Positions 16,278 to 25,039 of a DNA stretch of 51,643 bases are shown one piece after another (the stretch's first letter is position 1; each line of letters opens with the position of its first letter). Source of the DNA: an uncultured Candidatus Bathyarchaeia archaeon (GTDB lineage: Archaea; Thermoproteota; Bathyarchaeia; Bathyarchaeales; Bathycorpusculaceae); the NCBI GenBank assembly GCA_964477645.1, contig CAYZEP010000001.1, positions 1 through 51,643 of the forward strand, given 5' to 3'. The notes under the pieces were generated by a model. It had not been told where the DNA came from. It did not search any database and was given only the letters and a program-made list of their open reading frames with translations. Both the position numbers and the translations under genes were made by a program.

Positions 16278-18587
16278 ATGAGAAGGTTAATTTTTCTCCT
16301 CATCATTTTGATTGTCTTGTATTTGGTTTCTTTTTTTGTTTCAGGATACAGTCAATCTTCTGAGCACACGACTTTCAGAAATACTAAGATTGAAGGCTTG
16401 AGTGTCTACTTCTTCTATGGTGAAGGATGCCCGCATTGTACTAAAGTCAAACCTTTCATCGATGAGATGGAGAGATCCTATGGTTTGAATATTGAGCGGT
16501 TTGAGGTTTACGGAAATAGAGCGAATATGAAGCTAATCCAAGAATATTTTGAGAGATACAACGTTCCAGTCAATAATAGGGGAGTCCCGGCTGTTTTTGT
16601 GTCAGATTCTTATCTTGTCGGTGACGTGGATATTCTCAATGGTCTTGAAAATCTTGTATCAAACTCAGTGACCGCTGATTCCGAAACGGCTCAGTTGTCG
16701 AATGAGGGTAACAGCGAAGAATGTACTTCTAATGGTTACGATTGTTTATCATTCTTGACTATTACTGCTGCTGCCTTGGTTGATTCTGTTAATCCTTGTT
16801 CTATTGCTATTCTTTTCTTTTTGATGGCTGGTTTGCTTTTGCTTCGGAATCGCAAAAGGGCTTTGAGAGTTGGTTTGGCCTTTGCTTTATCCGTCTTTCT
16901 TGCAAACTTGTTGTTTGGATTAGGAATATTTTCAACGCTTTCTGTGAGCGGCTTTTCTTCTATTTTTGATACTGTTGCTGGTTTTGTAGCTATTTTGACT
17001 GGTATCTTGCTGGTTAAGGATTGTTTTTTCCATGGGAAAGTGATCGCTATGGAAGTACCTCGTTCTTTGCAGCCTTATTTGAAACATAGACTGAGTGAGG
17101 CTTTTTTTGGAAAATCTTCAAGAGTTTTGGGAGCCTTTCTTATAGGTTTTCTTGTCACCTTATTTGAGATTCCTTGTACTGGAGGACCATACTTTTTTGT
17201 TTTGGCTAGGATGGCTGATGATGCAACTAGAATGCAGACTATTCCAATATTGCTGTATTACAATTTGATTTTTGTTATGCCCTTGATTCTAATCTCGACT
17301 CTGCTCTATTTCGGCTCGATTCAGGTTGAGAGAGTAAGAGAATGGAAAGACAGGAACAAGCAGTTTTTAAATTTGGTTAGGGGTTTGCCGCTGATTGCGG
17401 TGGGTTTCGTAACTATTTCAACGTCTCTAGTGATTCAATGGATGAGTGTAGCATTAAGCGTTTATAGAGCAGCTTTCATTCCCTTGATTGGGCCCGTTGC
17501 TTCTTACATAGTTTATCAAATATTTTCAAAGTCAAAATACAGGGTTAAAGCTTTGAAATATCTAACCGTTGTTGGAATAGGCAGTACTCTCTTTTTGGCT
17601 GCGATATCAAATGCTCAAACAAGTTTTCTAGGCAACCCCGGAGAAACGGGATCAGAAACTAAGAGTTATCAAGTAACGGGTGAGGCTACTACTGCAACGA
17701 CTATTCAACCTTACACAGACTGTGAAGCTGAAGGTGGAAGATGTATGATGGGTTCAATGGGATGTAGCATTGCGTGCAAACGAATGAATTATGCTATGGG
17801 GGTTTGTGAACTTGGTCTTCCTAGTTTAGGCTATTATCCGGGCTGTGGTGAGAGAGATTGCTGTTGTTTTTGCGTGGGTGAAAAAGAAAATTGTACAGAT
17901 GTAGATAAAGATGGTTATGCTATAGAGGGTGGGAATTGTGGACTAATAGACTGTAATGATGCTGATGCTAGTGTTCATCCAGGAGCAGTTGAAATTTGCA
18001 ATGGAATTGATGATGATTGTGATGAACAAGTAGATGAAGGTGATATTTGTGTAGGTTGTGTAAAAGTAAAAGTTGTAAATGAAACTGATGATCCAGTTCA
18101 AGCTGATGTTATTTTAGACTGTCTCACAGCTATTGGTTCTACTAATTATGCTGGATCTGCAGTGAGCTGTAATCATGGGAAAATACCTGGATTTTATTAT
18201 GTAGATGCTTTTATTGGTTTTCCTTGTTATGGTGAATCATATATCAACATAGACGAATATGGCACTGGGTATGCAGAAATTGGATCTTCAGATTGTGTAT
18301 GGTACGATGAAAATTGTATGGGAGGAAGTTCACTTACTACCACAATAACAACCACCTCTTCAACAACTACAACTGTTTCCAGTGACGGTGGTAGCCTAAA
18401 TACAACTACATCCACAACCTCTTCAACAACTACGACAATTTCTTGTCAGTGTACTGAATGGAAGAATACCTTCGAATGTTGTAATATAGATAGAAAATGG
18501 CGGAGTAAAGGTAATTTATTCGAAAGAACTTGTAACCCAAGGGGTTGTGATATAGAAAAAAGATGTAAGACTTCTAAAATTCTTTGA
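16278..18587 (+). CDS. multi-domain membrane protein: signal anchor, thioredoxin-like domain (CPHC), DsbD/CcdA-like transmembrane thiol-disulfide transporter, extra TM helices, cysteine-rich extracellular domain with Ser/Thr-rich stalks
   Basis: 769 aa. YFFYGEGCPHCTKV is thioredoxin/glutaredoxin-like. LVDSVNPCSIAILFF and LFEIPCTGGPYFF carry the two conserved membrane Cys of the DsbD_2/CcdA family. DCNDADASVHPGAVEICNGIDDDCDEQVDEG matches the MopE-type putative metal-binding repeat. There are roughly 29 Cys after residue 480, and two TSSTTTT linkers. GGAGGAAGGGG precedes the ATG. Confidence 0.7.
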   Translation: MRRLIFLLIILIVLYLVSFFVSGYSQSSEHTTFRNTKIEGLSVYFFYGEGCPHCTKVKPFIDEMERSYGLNIERFEVYGNRANMKLIQEYFERYNVPVNNRGVPAVFVSDSYLVGDVDILNGLENLVSNSVTADSETAQLSNEGNSEECTSNGYDCLSFLTITAAALVDSVNPCSIAILFFLMAGLLLLRNRKRALRVGLAFALSVFLANLLFGLGIFSTLSVSGFSSIFDTVAGFVAILTGILLVKDCFFHGKVIAMEVPRSLQPYLKHRLSEAFFGKSSRVLGAFLIGFLVTLFEIPCTGGPYFFVLARMADDATRMQTIPILLYYNLIFVMPLILISTLLYFGSIQVERVREWKDRNKQFLNLVRGLPLIAVGFVTISTSLVIQWMSVALSVYRAAFIPLIGPVASYIVYQIFSKSKYRVKALKYLTVVGIGSTLFLAAISNAQTSFLGNPGETGSETKSYQVTGEATTATTIQPYTDCEAEGGRCMMGSMGCSIACKRMNYAMGVCELGLPSLGYYPGCGERDCCCFCVGEKENCTDVDKDGYAIEGGNCGLIDCNDADASVHPGAVEICNGIDDDCDEQVDEGDICVGCVKVKVVNETDDPVQADVILDCLTAIGSTNYAGSAVSCNHGKIPGFYYVDAFIGFPCYGESYINIDEYGTGYAEIGSSDCVWYDENCMGGSSLTTTITTTSSTTTTVSSDGGSLNTTTSTTSSTTTTISCQCTEWKNTFECCNIDRKWRSKGNLFERTCNPRGCDIEKRCKTSKIL

Positions 18588-18736
18588 TTATAATGTTTGC
18601 TAACATATTTGCAAGAAATAGCAGTTATCAAAGTGAAAAATGCTGAAAGTACCGAAAACAATCGGAAGGGTTAAAAGGAATAAACGGCAAATCACACATT
18701 CATAACCAATTTCTAATATTCGTCTAATCTTGATTT

Positions 18737-19444
18737 ATGGGCTCAAAAATAATCGTTAATCCAGAAGCACTATCGAAATCGTACATTCCCGAAAAACTTG
18801 TGAATAGAGAAAAAGAATTCGATCAACTTTCAAACATTATAGGCGTATCTGACACATTCTGTTATGGTCCGACTGGTTCGGGAAAGACAATCCTCATTAA
18901 ACATGTTATTGAAAATCACAACTCAACAAAAAAAGGAAGAGCAAATTACGTAGACTGTTCTCTCTATCAGACTACCAACGCAATATTCCACGAAATCCTA
19001 ACCGCTTTAAACAGCATTGTGGTAAGCAAAAGCAATTATGAGTTAACAAAAAGGCTAAATTCAAAAATAAAGCATCTCGAGAGTTCATTGACAATTTGTT
19101 TAGATCATTTTGAACATTTAAAAGAAATCGAAACTCTGAACAGAATTTTAAGCCTTGGTCTCAACTTGGTAATAATTGCAGAGACATATGATTCTTACAG
19201 AAAACTGAACCAGCAAATCAAAGCAAACATAACAAGTTTGATAGAAATTCCAAGTTATACAGCAGATCAAGTCTTCGATATACTTATGGACAGAGCTGAA
19301 GAAGCACTTGAAAAGTACACCTACTCAGAAGTTACAATAAGAAAAATCGCAGAGGCAAGTTCTGGTAACGTCACACTTGCTTTGAATCTACTAAAGTCAC
19401 CACACTTTAAACCCAAAAGGAAAACTTTTTCCAAATTTCAATAA
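18737..19444 (+). pseudogene. Orc1/Cdc6-like AAA+ initiator paralog, truncated and degenerate
   Basis: 235 aa. It is colinear with the N-terminal two-thirds of Orc1/Cdc6: YIPEKLVNREKEF, Walker A GPTGSGKT, and a GNVTLALNLLK equivalent of GDARRALDLLR. Walker B is degenerate (ICLDHFEH). The frame stops right after the lid motif, and no winged-helix domain follows. Confidence 0.55.
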
Positions 19445-19619
19445 ACAATTCGCAATTCTTTCGCATCCAACATTTCTAGATGCCTTCTGTCTACATCCAC
19501 CTTGCTGGAGAAGATATCGATGAAGCACAATGCATTTTGAGTGGAATGACTAAGGTCAAAAAAGAAGATGAACGACTCAAACCTCAAAACTCAAAAACGA
19601 CTCAAAACGACTCTCTCTC

Positions 19620-19687
19620 TATTGATGAGAGTCATGACGAGATGAACTTACTGTTATGCAGAGCATGGTTAGACGTTATTGCTTTCG
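19620..19687. repeat. right copy of the perfect 68-bp direct repeat (putative attR)
   Basis: Identical to 16117-16184. It contains the last 19 nt, including the stop, of the reverse-strand GNAT gene. Confidence 0.9.
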
Positions 19688-20097
19688 CGCTTGCTGAAAT
19701 ATATTATGTCACGGTGTTCAACATAGCCGCATTCTCTGAACAGCTCCTTTGATGCAACGTTGTAATCTTCGATTAAGGCACAGAAAATTCTGATATCATG
19801 TTTTCTAAACACCTTTTCAGATTCAACAATCAATGCTTTAGCAATTCCACGCTGCCTAAAATCTGAGTCAACAGCTAAGCGATTTATCCAACCCTTTCGC
19901 ATATCACAGCTTAGAATAACCGTTCCGACAAGGCGATTATCCTCAAAGGCTCCGAGAAAAAATTCAGGGCTTGCATCCATTTGTGCGGATATTGCCTCTT
20001 TGCTGTCCCTTCCTTTCGGTTTGAACGGCAACCTAGCCCTAGACCAGAGTTGGATCATTTCTTTGAAATCTTTAATCGTTAATCTTCGAATTTCCAT
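19669..20097 (-). CDS. GNAT-family N-acetyltransferase
   Basis: 142 aa. VDSDFRQRGIAKALIVESEKVF (RxxGxA acetyl-CoA motif) and ELFRECGY. Confidence 0.75.
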   Translation of the reverse strand: MEIRRLTIKDFKEMIQLWSRARLPFKPKGRDSKEAISAQMDASPEFFLGAFEDNRLVGTVILSCDMRKGWINRLAVDSDFRQRGIAKALIVESEKVFRKHDIRIFCALIEDYNVASKELFRECGYVEHRDIIYFSKRESNNV

Positions 20098-20115
20098 CCG
20101 AAAACACTGAAAGAG

Positions 20116-21453
20116 TTATGCTTCTTTTTCAATTTCTTTTACGGCATCTTCGATTATTTCTAACGCTGCATCCACAAGCTCTCTGGTAATGTTAAGTGGC
20201 GGCGCAACTCGGATGGTTGAAGCTCCACATGTGATGACAGCAACCCCGCGTTTCCATGAGCGCGTCATAATTTCGGTAGATTTCTTAGAGGCTGGCTTTT
20301 TGTCTTCCTTGTTTTCAACGATTTCCATGCCTATCATTAATCCTTTGCCTCTCACATCGCCGACAATTTCGCTTTTCTCCTTCAATTCTTCAAGTCGTTT
20401 CATAATGTAGGTGCCTTGCTTGGTTGCGTTTTCCAGAAGCCTTTCTTCTTTTATTGCGTCAATAACTGCCGCGGCCGCAACACAAGACAACGGATTTCCG
20501 CCGAAAGTGCTTGCATGAGAACCGCCAACCCAGTCCATAACTTTTGCCTTGGCTATGGTTGCGCCTAAAGGTAATCCAGATGCCAATGCCTTCGCGCTAC
20601 ATAGGATGTCTGGTTCAACAGCCCAATGCTCAATTGCAAACCATTTCCCAGTTCTGCCCATACCGGCTTGAACTTCATCGTCTATGAGCAATATGCCATA
20701 TTTATCGGCAAGTTTCTTTAGTCGCTGGAAGTATTCTGGCGGCGGAACAACATACCCGCCTTCTCCTTGAATTGGCTCAAAAACCATTGCAGCAACATCT
20801 TCGGGAGGCGCATATTTCTGTAAGACAAATTCGTCAATGAAGTCTACACACCAGTAGTGGCATTCAGGATAAGTTAGCTTGAAAGGACAGCGGTAACAGT
20901 ATGGATACGGAACATGAGTGACCCCAGGCATCAAAGGGAAGAAGTAGCGTTTTTGAGTAGGTTTACTAGCGGTGAAAGATAAGGCTCCTACTGTGCGTCC
21001 GTGAAAAGCGCTTATGAAGCCAATAAACAGTTGTTTGCGTGTGTGCCATTTCGCAAGTTTAATTGCTGCCTCAATTGCTTCTGCTCCACTGTTGCCAAAA
21101 TAAGCCTTCTTCTCAAAGCTTCCTGGCGTAATTTCTGTGAGTTTTTCTGCAATGTTAACAACTTCATTGTAGTAAAAGTCAGTGTTGGAATAGTGTAGAA
21201 AGCGGTCGCATTGATTCTTTATGGCTGCGATCACTTTAGGATGATTATGACCCACGTTTAAGCATACCAAGCCAGAGTTGAAGTCTATGTATTCGTTTCC
21301 GTCAACGTCTCTCACTACGCAACCTTTTCCTGATTCAACAACAAGCGGATAAAACCGCACATATGAAGGTGAGAGTAGTCTTTCGTCTTTTTTGGCTAAC
21401 TCTCTTGCTTTGGGTCCTGGTGGAGTAACAATTATTTTGGGATAGACGCTCAT
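20116..21453 (-). CDS. class III PLP-dependent aminotransferase (4-aminobutyrate/acetylornithine aminotransferase family)
   Basis: 445 aa. GNSGAEAIEAAIKLA, DEVQAGMGRTGK, and the PLP-lysine region SAKALASG. Confidence 0.8.
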   Translation of the reverse strand: MSVYPKIIVTPPGPKARELAKKDERLLSPSYVRFYPLVVESGKGCVVRDVDGNEYIDFNSGLVCLNVGHNHPKVIAAIKNQCDRFLHYSNTDFYYNEVVNIAEKLTEITPGSFEKKAYFGNSGAEAIEAAIKLAKWHTRKQLFIGFISAFHGRTVGALSFTASKPTQKRYFFPLMPGVTHVPYPYCYRCPFKLTYPECHYWCVDFIDEFVLQKYAPPEDVAAMVFEPIQGEGGYVVPPPEYFQRLKKLADKYGILLIDDEVQAGMGRTGKWFAIEHWAVEPDILCSAKALASGLPLGATIAKAKVMDWVGGSHASTFGGNPLSCVAAAAVIDAIKEERLLENATKQGTYIMKRLEELKEKSEIVGDVRGKGLMIGMEIVENKEDKKPASKKSTEIMTRSWKRGVAVITCGASTIRVAPPLNITRELVDAALEIIEDAVKEIEKEA

Positions 21454-21597
21454 TTCACATCACCAATGAAGGTTAACGATTAGAAAAGACGGGTTTTATA
21501 TAGCTAACTATGCCTCTCCGCAAAAAAGAACATGGAAAATCAGATTGTAATCTAGAATAGTTCATGAATACTTCGGCTCGCACATTATAGAAGCGCA

Positions 21598-21945
21598 CTA
21601 TGGTTTAGTCAGTGCAATCTCAACGGCCGAGACGTTTGCCTTTTGGCCTTCGCTCCTTGTAACTTCCTCTGTGCTTATGCTGATTCCTTGTAGCTGTAGG
21701 TCTTTCACAAAAACTCGTCTTAACAACTCAACCGTGTCGACGGCTCTGCTGATTGCTCTCCCCCTAGCCTTAACAACAAGTTTCTTTGTGTCAGAATTAA
21801 AGAAGGTGAGGCAAGCAACCACGTAGTTCATCACTGGTTTTTTGCCGATGAACACAATGTTATTGCTGGTTTGCGTGGTTCGTGCTGTTTTTGCTGTTTT
21901 TGCTGGTTTTCCTTGGGCTTCCTTCTTCTGTTTCTCGTTTGTCAT
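21598..21945 (-). CDS. albA: Alba DNA/RNA-binding chromatin protein with a Lys/Thr-rich N-terminal extension
   Basis: Core NIVFIGKKPVMNYVVACLTFFNS....VVKARGRAISRAVDTVELLRR is canonical Alba. About 28 extra N-terminal residues read MTNEKQKKEAQGKPAKTAKTARTTQTS. Confidence 0.85.
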   Translation of the reverse strand: MTNEKQKKEAQGKPAKTAKTARTTQTSNNIVFIGKKPVMNYVVACLTFFNSDTKKLVVKARGRAISRAVDTVELLRRVFVKDLQLQGISISTEEVTRSEGQKANVSAVEIALTKP

Positions 21946-22017
21946 ATTTTATCTCCTTTTTCGTTGACTGACTTTGCTAGCATTGTGAAGCAGACTATAT
22001 CATGAACATTGAGTTCC

Positions 22018-22953
22018 TTATATTTTTCCGTACAGTGCAGAATCAGACGTACTGTTTGACCCTAGTTTACGGTACTGCTCCCAGTCTTCGTCCACCCATC
22101 TCTGAATCCTTTCAATGTCCTCTTCCGTTATGCTACGGAATCTACCCTGCAATGCCAAATATTCCTTAAGAGGTTTACGTTTAGCCTTATCAACCAATCG
22201 ATCGCTTGGTGGATTAAGCTTAAACTTTCCATATTCAATTTCGAAAAGGGTCCACAAACCAGTTTGCACGGCAAGGCGTCCCAATTCAACAGTTTTGCTT
22301 GTGTCATACCGCCAACCAGTCGGGCATGGTGCTAAAACGTGAATGTACTTTGTACCTTTAATATCCTTAGCTTTTTTAAGTTTGTTTACGAAATCTATGG
22401 GGTATGATGGGCAAGCTGTTGCAACATATGGTATTCTATGAGCAGCCATGATTAAAGGCATATCTTTTTTCCGCTCCCTCTTTCCGGAGGGTGTTGTAGT
22501 GGTCCATGCACCATATGGCGTTGCTCCACTCCGCTGCATTCCCGTATTGCCATAAGCTTCGTTATCATAGCAAATGTAGATGAAGTTGGTTTCCCTTTCA
22601 GCTGCTCCAGACAAGGCTTGAATGCCTATGTCAACTGTTCCGCCATCTCCAGCCCAACCGACAACTGTAATGCCTTCTAGTTTTCTTTGATGCAGAGCAG
22701 CGACAATTCCTGATGCTGCAGCAGCAGTAGATTCAAATAGTACATTTTGGAGAGGAGCCAAAAAGGAAGTGTAAGGATAAGGTCCTTGAATCACGGTTGT
22801 GCAACACGCAGGAACAACCAGAATAATATTGTTTCCTAATGCTTTAAAGAGCAAACGGAGCGCAATAGAAGGTCCACAGCCAGCACATGCAGCATGCCCC
22901 TTAAGCAAATATTCTTCTTTTGGAAGCTCTTTTATCGTCACCATCACGTTCAC
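22018..22953 (-). CDS. porB: 2-oxoacid (probably pyruvate):ferredoxin oxidoreductase beta subunit (TPP-binding)
   Basis: CAGCG near the N-terminus and the TPP motif GDGG....G...L....E...N. It is the last gene of a G-D-A-B operon. Confidence 0.85.
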   Translation of the reverse strand: MNVMVTIKELPKEEYLLKGHAACAGCGPSIALRLLFKALGNNIILVVPACCTTVIQGPYPYTSFLAPLQNVLFESTAAAASGIVAALHQRKLEGITVVGWAGDGGTVDIGIQALSGAAERETNFIYICYDNEAYGNTGMQRSGATPYGAWTTTTPSGKRERKKDMPLIMAAHRIPYVATACPSYPIDFVNKLKKAKDIKGTKYIHVLAPCPTGWRYDTSKTVELGRLAVQTGLWTLFEIEYGKFKLNPPSDRLVDKAKRKPLKEYLALQGRFRSITEEDIERIQRWVDEDWEQYRKLGSNSTSDSALYGKI

Positions 22954-24128
22954 TCCCTCAAATCAACCCACTCAGTCTCTTTTTCCACCTTACCCGCGTG
23001 CATCCATTTTAGCGACCGTTTAACAATTCTTTCAATAGTTTCCGAAGTCACGTCTCTTCCTCCTAAACCCGCAATAAAACCTGCAACTAATGGCGAATCT
23101 TTCCAATTGGAAAGAGAAGCCTTAGTTTCTGTAGCGAGAAAACCTTCCATTCCAAAGGATATGTGACGATCTATCGTTGCAAACATCTGTGTTTGCTCTG
23201 AAAGCGCCTTTATTTCTTCCATTGGAAACGGACGGAAAACTCGAACCCTTGCTGAACCCACTTTGAACCCTTCTTTGCGTAGATGATCCACAGCTATTTT
23301 AGCGTCGCTGCCCATTGTCCCCATCGTGAGCAGTATTAAATCTGCATCTTCACACTTGTATTTCTCAATCAACCCGCCATATTCGGAACCGAAACGTTTG
23401 CCATATTCTTTATCAATTTCCGCGATAAGCAACTTCGCGTTTTCCATGGCTTCCTGAATCATATAACGAAACTCCATATACCACTCTGGCGCGACAAGAT
23501 TAGAATGAGAGAGAGGACGGTTGACATCTAAAATCCACCCTGATTTGTATGGTGGCAGAAAATCGTCAATTTCTTCTTGATCTGGGATTTTCACTGGCAT
23601 ATAGGTATGTGATAGAATAAAGCCTTCGAGACAAACCATGGCTGGTAAAAACACTCGTTCATCTTCGCAGAGTTTGTAGGCTTGAATTATGGTGTCGAAA
23701 ACTTCTTGGTTGTCAGCGCAGTAAAACTGAATCCATCCAGTGTCCCGTTGAGAAAGAGAATCGCTGAAGTCTGACCATATGCTCCAAGGAGCCCCCATAG
23801 CACGGTTAACAACCGCCATTACTATTGGTAATCGCGAACCAGAAGCCCAATGCAAAGCCTCATGCATAAGGGCCAACCCGTGAGCAGAAGTTGCTGTGAA
23901 TGTTCTAACTCCTGCAGCTGCAGCGCTTATAAGGGCTACCATGGCGCTGTGCTCAGATTCTACACGAATGTATTCAGCGTCCATCTTCCCGCTCTCGACG
24001 AAATCTGCGATTTTTTCAACGATTGTCGTCTGGGGAGTTATAGGGTATGCAGCAACAACTTTAACTCTCGCTGCTTTCGCAGCGTAACCAGCAATGTGGT
24101 TTGCCGTGTCAATTATCATCTGTGCCAT
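22950..24128 (-). CDS. porA: 2-oxoacid (probably pyruvate):ferredoxin oxidoreductase alpha subunit
   Basis: 392 aa. AAYPITPQT motif. 4-nt overlap with porB. Confidence 0.85.
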   Translation of the reverse strand: MAQMIIDTANHIAGYAAKAARVKVVAAYPITPQTTIVEKIADFVESGKMDAEYIRVESEHSAMVALISAAAAGVRTFTATSAHGLALMHEALHWASGSRLPIVMAVVNRAMGAPWSIWSDFSDSLSQRDTGWIQFYCADNQEVFDTIIQAYKLCEDERVFLPAMVCLEGFILSHTYMPVKIPDQEEIDDFLPPYKSGWILDVNRPLSHSNLVAPEWYMEFRYMIQEAMENAKLLIAEIDKEYGKRFGSEYGGLIEKYKCEDADLILLTMGTMGSDAKIAVDHLRKEGFKVGSARVRVFRPFPMEEIKALSEQTQMFATIDRHISFGMEGFLATETKASLSNWKDSPLVAGFIAGLGGRDVTSETIERIVKRSLKWMHAGKVEKETEWVDLRE

Positions 24129-24413
24129 TTATTCTTCCTCCCGTTTCATTGTTATTGCTTTAACTGGACATTCGTTGGCGCATATGCCGCAACCTTTGCA
24201 GTAATCGAAATCTATTTTTGGTGAATCGTCTTCCTGCCGTGTTATGGCGGCATCAGGACAGTAGATCCAGCAAATGGTGCATTTGGTGCATTTGGAGTAA
24301 TCAACTTCTGGACGGAAAGTTCTCCAAGACCCTGTTCTTCCCATGCTGCCAACTGTTGGAGAAGAGAGCGGCGTAAGGGGCATTTCCTTACGAGTTTTCA
24401 TAGCAACACTCAT
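24129..24413 (-). CDS. porD: 2-oxoacid:ferredoxin oxidoreductase delta subunit (2x[4Fe-4S] ferredoxin-like)
   Basis: 94 aa with two CxxCxxCxxxCP clusters ([12 protein letters not shown] and [12 protein letters not shown]). Confidence 0.85.
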   Translation of the reverse strand: MSVAMKTRKEMPLTPLSSPTVGSMGRTGSWRTFRPEVDYSKCTKCTICWIYCPDAAITRQEDDSPKIDFDYCKGCGICANECPVKAITMKREEE

Positions 24414-24982
24414 TGACCTTCACTATCCCATCCCTTTATTAAACGATCATAAGCTAGCTCTGCCGCCCTAGCGTTTTTCTCGCCAGCACCGCCCGACCAT
24501 GTGTCTTTTATGGCTTTCAAGACGCTTGTCAACTCCACTTCATTTGTTGCCTTGGCAAATGCTCCCATTATTGAGGTGTTAACAACAGGTAACCCAGCGA
24601 CAAGTAAGTTAAGTTCAAGGGCAATTCCAGTTGCGTCAACGGTGGCGATCCGCCAACCTTTCAATTCTATTTCTTCAGGCCTTTTCGTTGTATTTATGAT
24701 AATTATTCCATTTTTTTTCAAGCCTTCCGTTACATCCACAGCCTTGTAGATGGCGTGATCAAGCACTATTACATAATCAGGGTTGTACACTTGACTGTGC
24801 ACAAGTATAGGTTTATCACTTACCCTTGCAAACGCCTTCACAGGAGCGCCTCGCCGTTCTGCCCCAAAGTATGGAAAAGCCTGAACCCACTTGCCTTCAA
24901 TAAAAGCGGCATGTGCCAACAACTCTGCAGCAGTGACGCTGCCTTGTCCACCACGTCCATGAATCCTAATCTCTTTAAGCAC
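24410..24982 (-). CDS. porG: 2-oxoacid:ferredoxin oxidoreductase gamma subunit
   Basis: 190 aa. [19 protein letters not shown] motif. 4-nt overlap with porD. Confidence 0.85.
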   Translation of the reverse strand: MLKEIRIHGRGGQGSVTAAELLAHAAFIEGKWVQAFPYFGAERRGAPVKAFARVSDKPILVHSQVYNPDYVIVLDHAIYKAVDVTEGLKKNGIIIINTTKRPEEIELKGWRIATVDATGIALELNLLVAGLPVVNTSIMGAFAKATNEVELTSVLKAIKDTWSGGAGEKNARAAELAYDRLIKGWDSEGQ

Positions 24983-25039
24983 GGTTTCCCCCTTCTGCTA
25001 GAAAATGAAAGGTGAATGTTTAGCTTTATTAGTGTTAGC

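Larger units (their letters stand above)
16117..19687. mobile_element. putative integrated element or remnant (3,435 bp between the 68-bp direct repeats)
   Basis: The direct repeats duplicate the 3' ends of two convergent host genes. The interior is visibly more AT-rich: hand counts gave 38% GC at 16321-16440 against 50% at 15001-15120. It carries an Orc1/Cdc6-like initiator remnant. No integrase was recognised. Confidence 0.6.

Noticed and set aside
16139-16363. ORFs 16139..16363 and 19480..19752 share the peptide MNLLLCRAWLDVIAF, suggesting a duplicated small gene.
   Set aside because: The shared peptide is just the 68-bp direct repeat read in one frame. One ORF overlaps the start of the 769-aa gene and the other runs antisense into the GNAT gene. 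Both are treated as artefacts of the repeat.
18686-18697. caaatcacac upstream of the island orc1-like gene is identical to 38761-38770 of the TGTGAT/ATCACA array.
   Set aside because: A single 10-nt match in about 100 kb of two-strand sequence is compatible with chance. There is no second half-site nearby.
19480-19560. SVYIHLAGEDIDEA looked like the C-terminal catalytic-Tyr motif (..Y.HL..edl.eA) of a tyrosine recombinase, i.e. a leftover integrase at the right end of the insertion.
   Set aside because: Only about 20 residues are available, and a stop codon sits immediately upstream in frame. The same peptide aligns at least as well to the SVVVEEHVREAE segment of Orc1/Cdc6, directly downstream of the truncated orc1-like ORF. 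It cannot be called an integrase.
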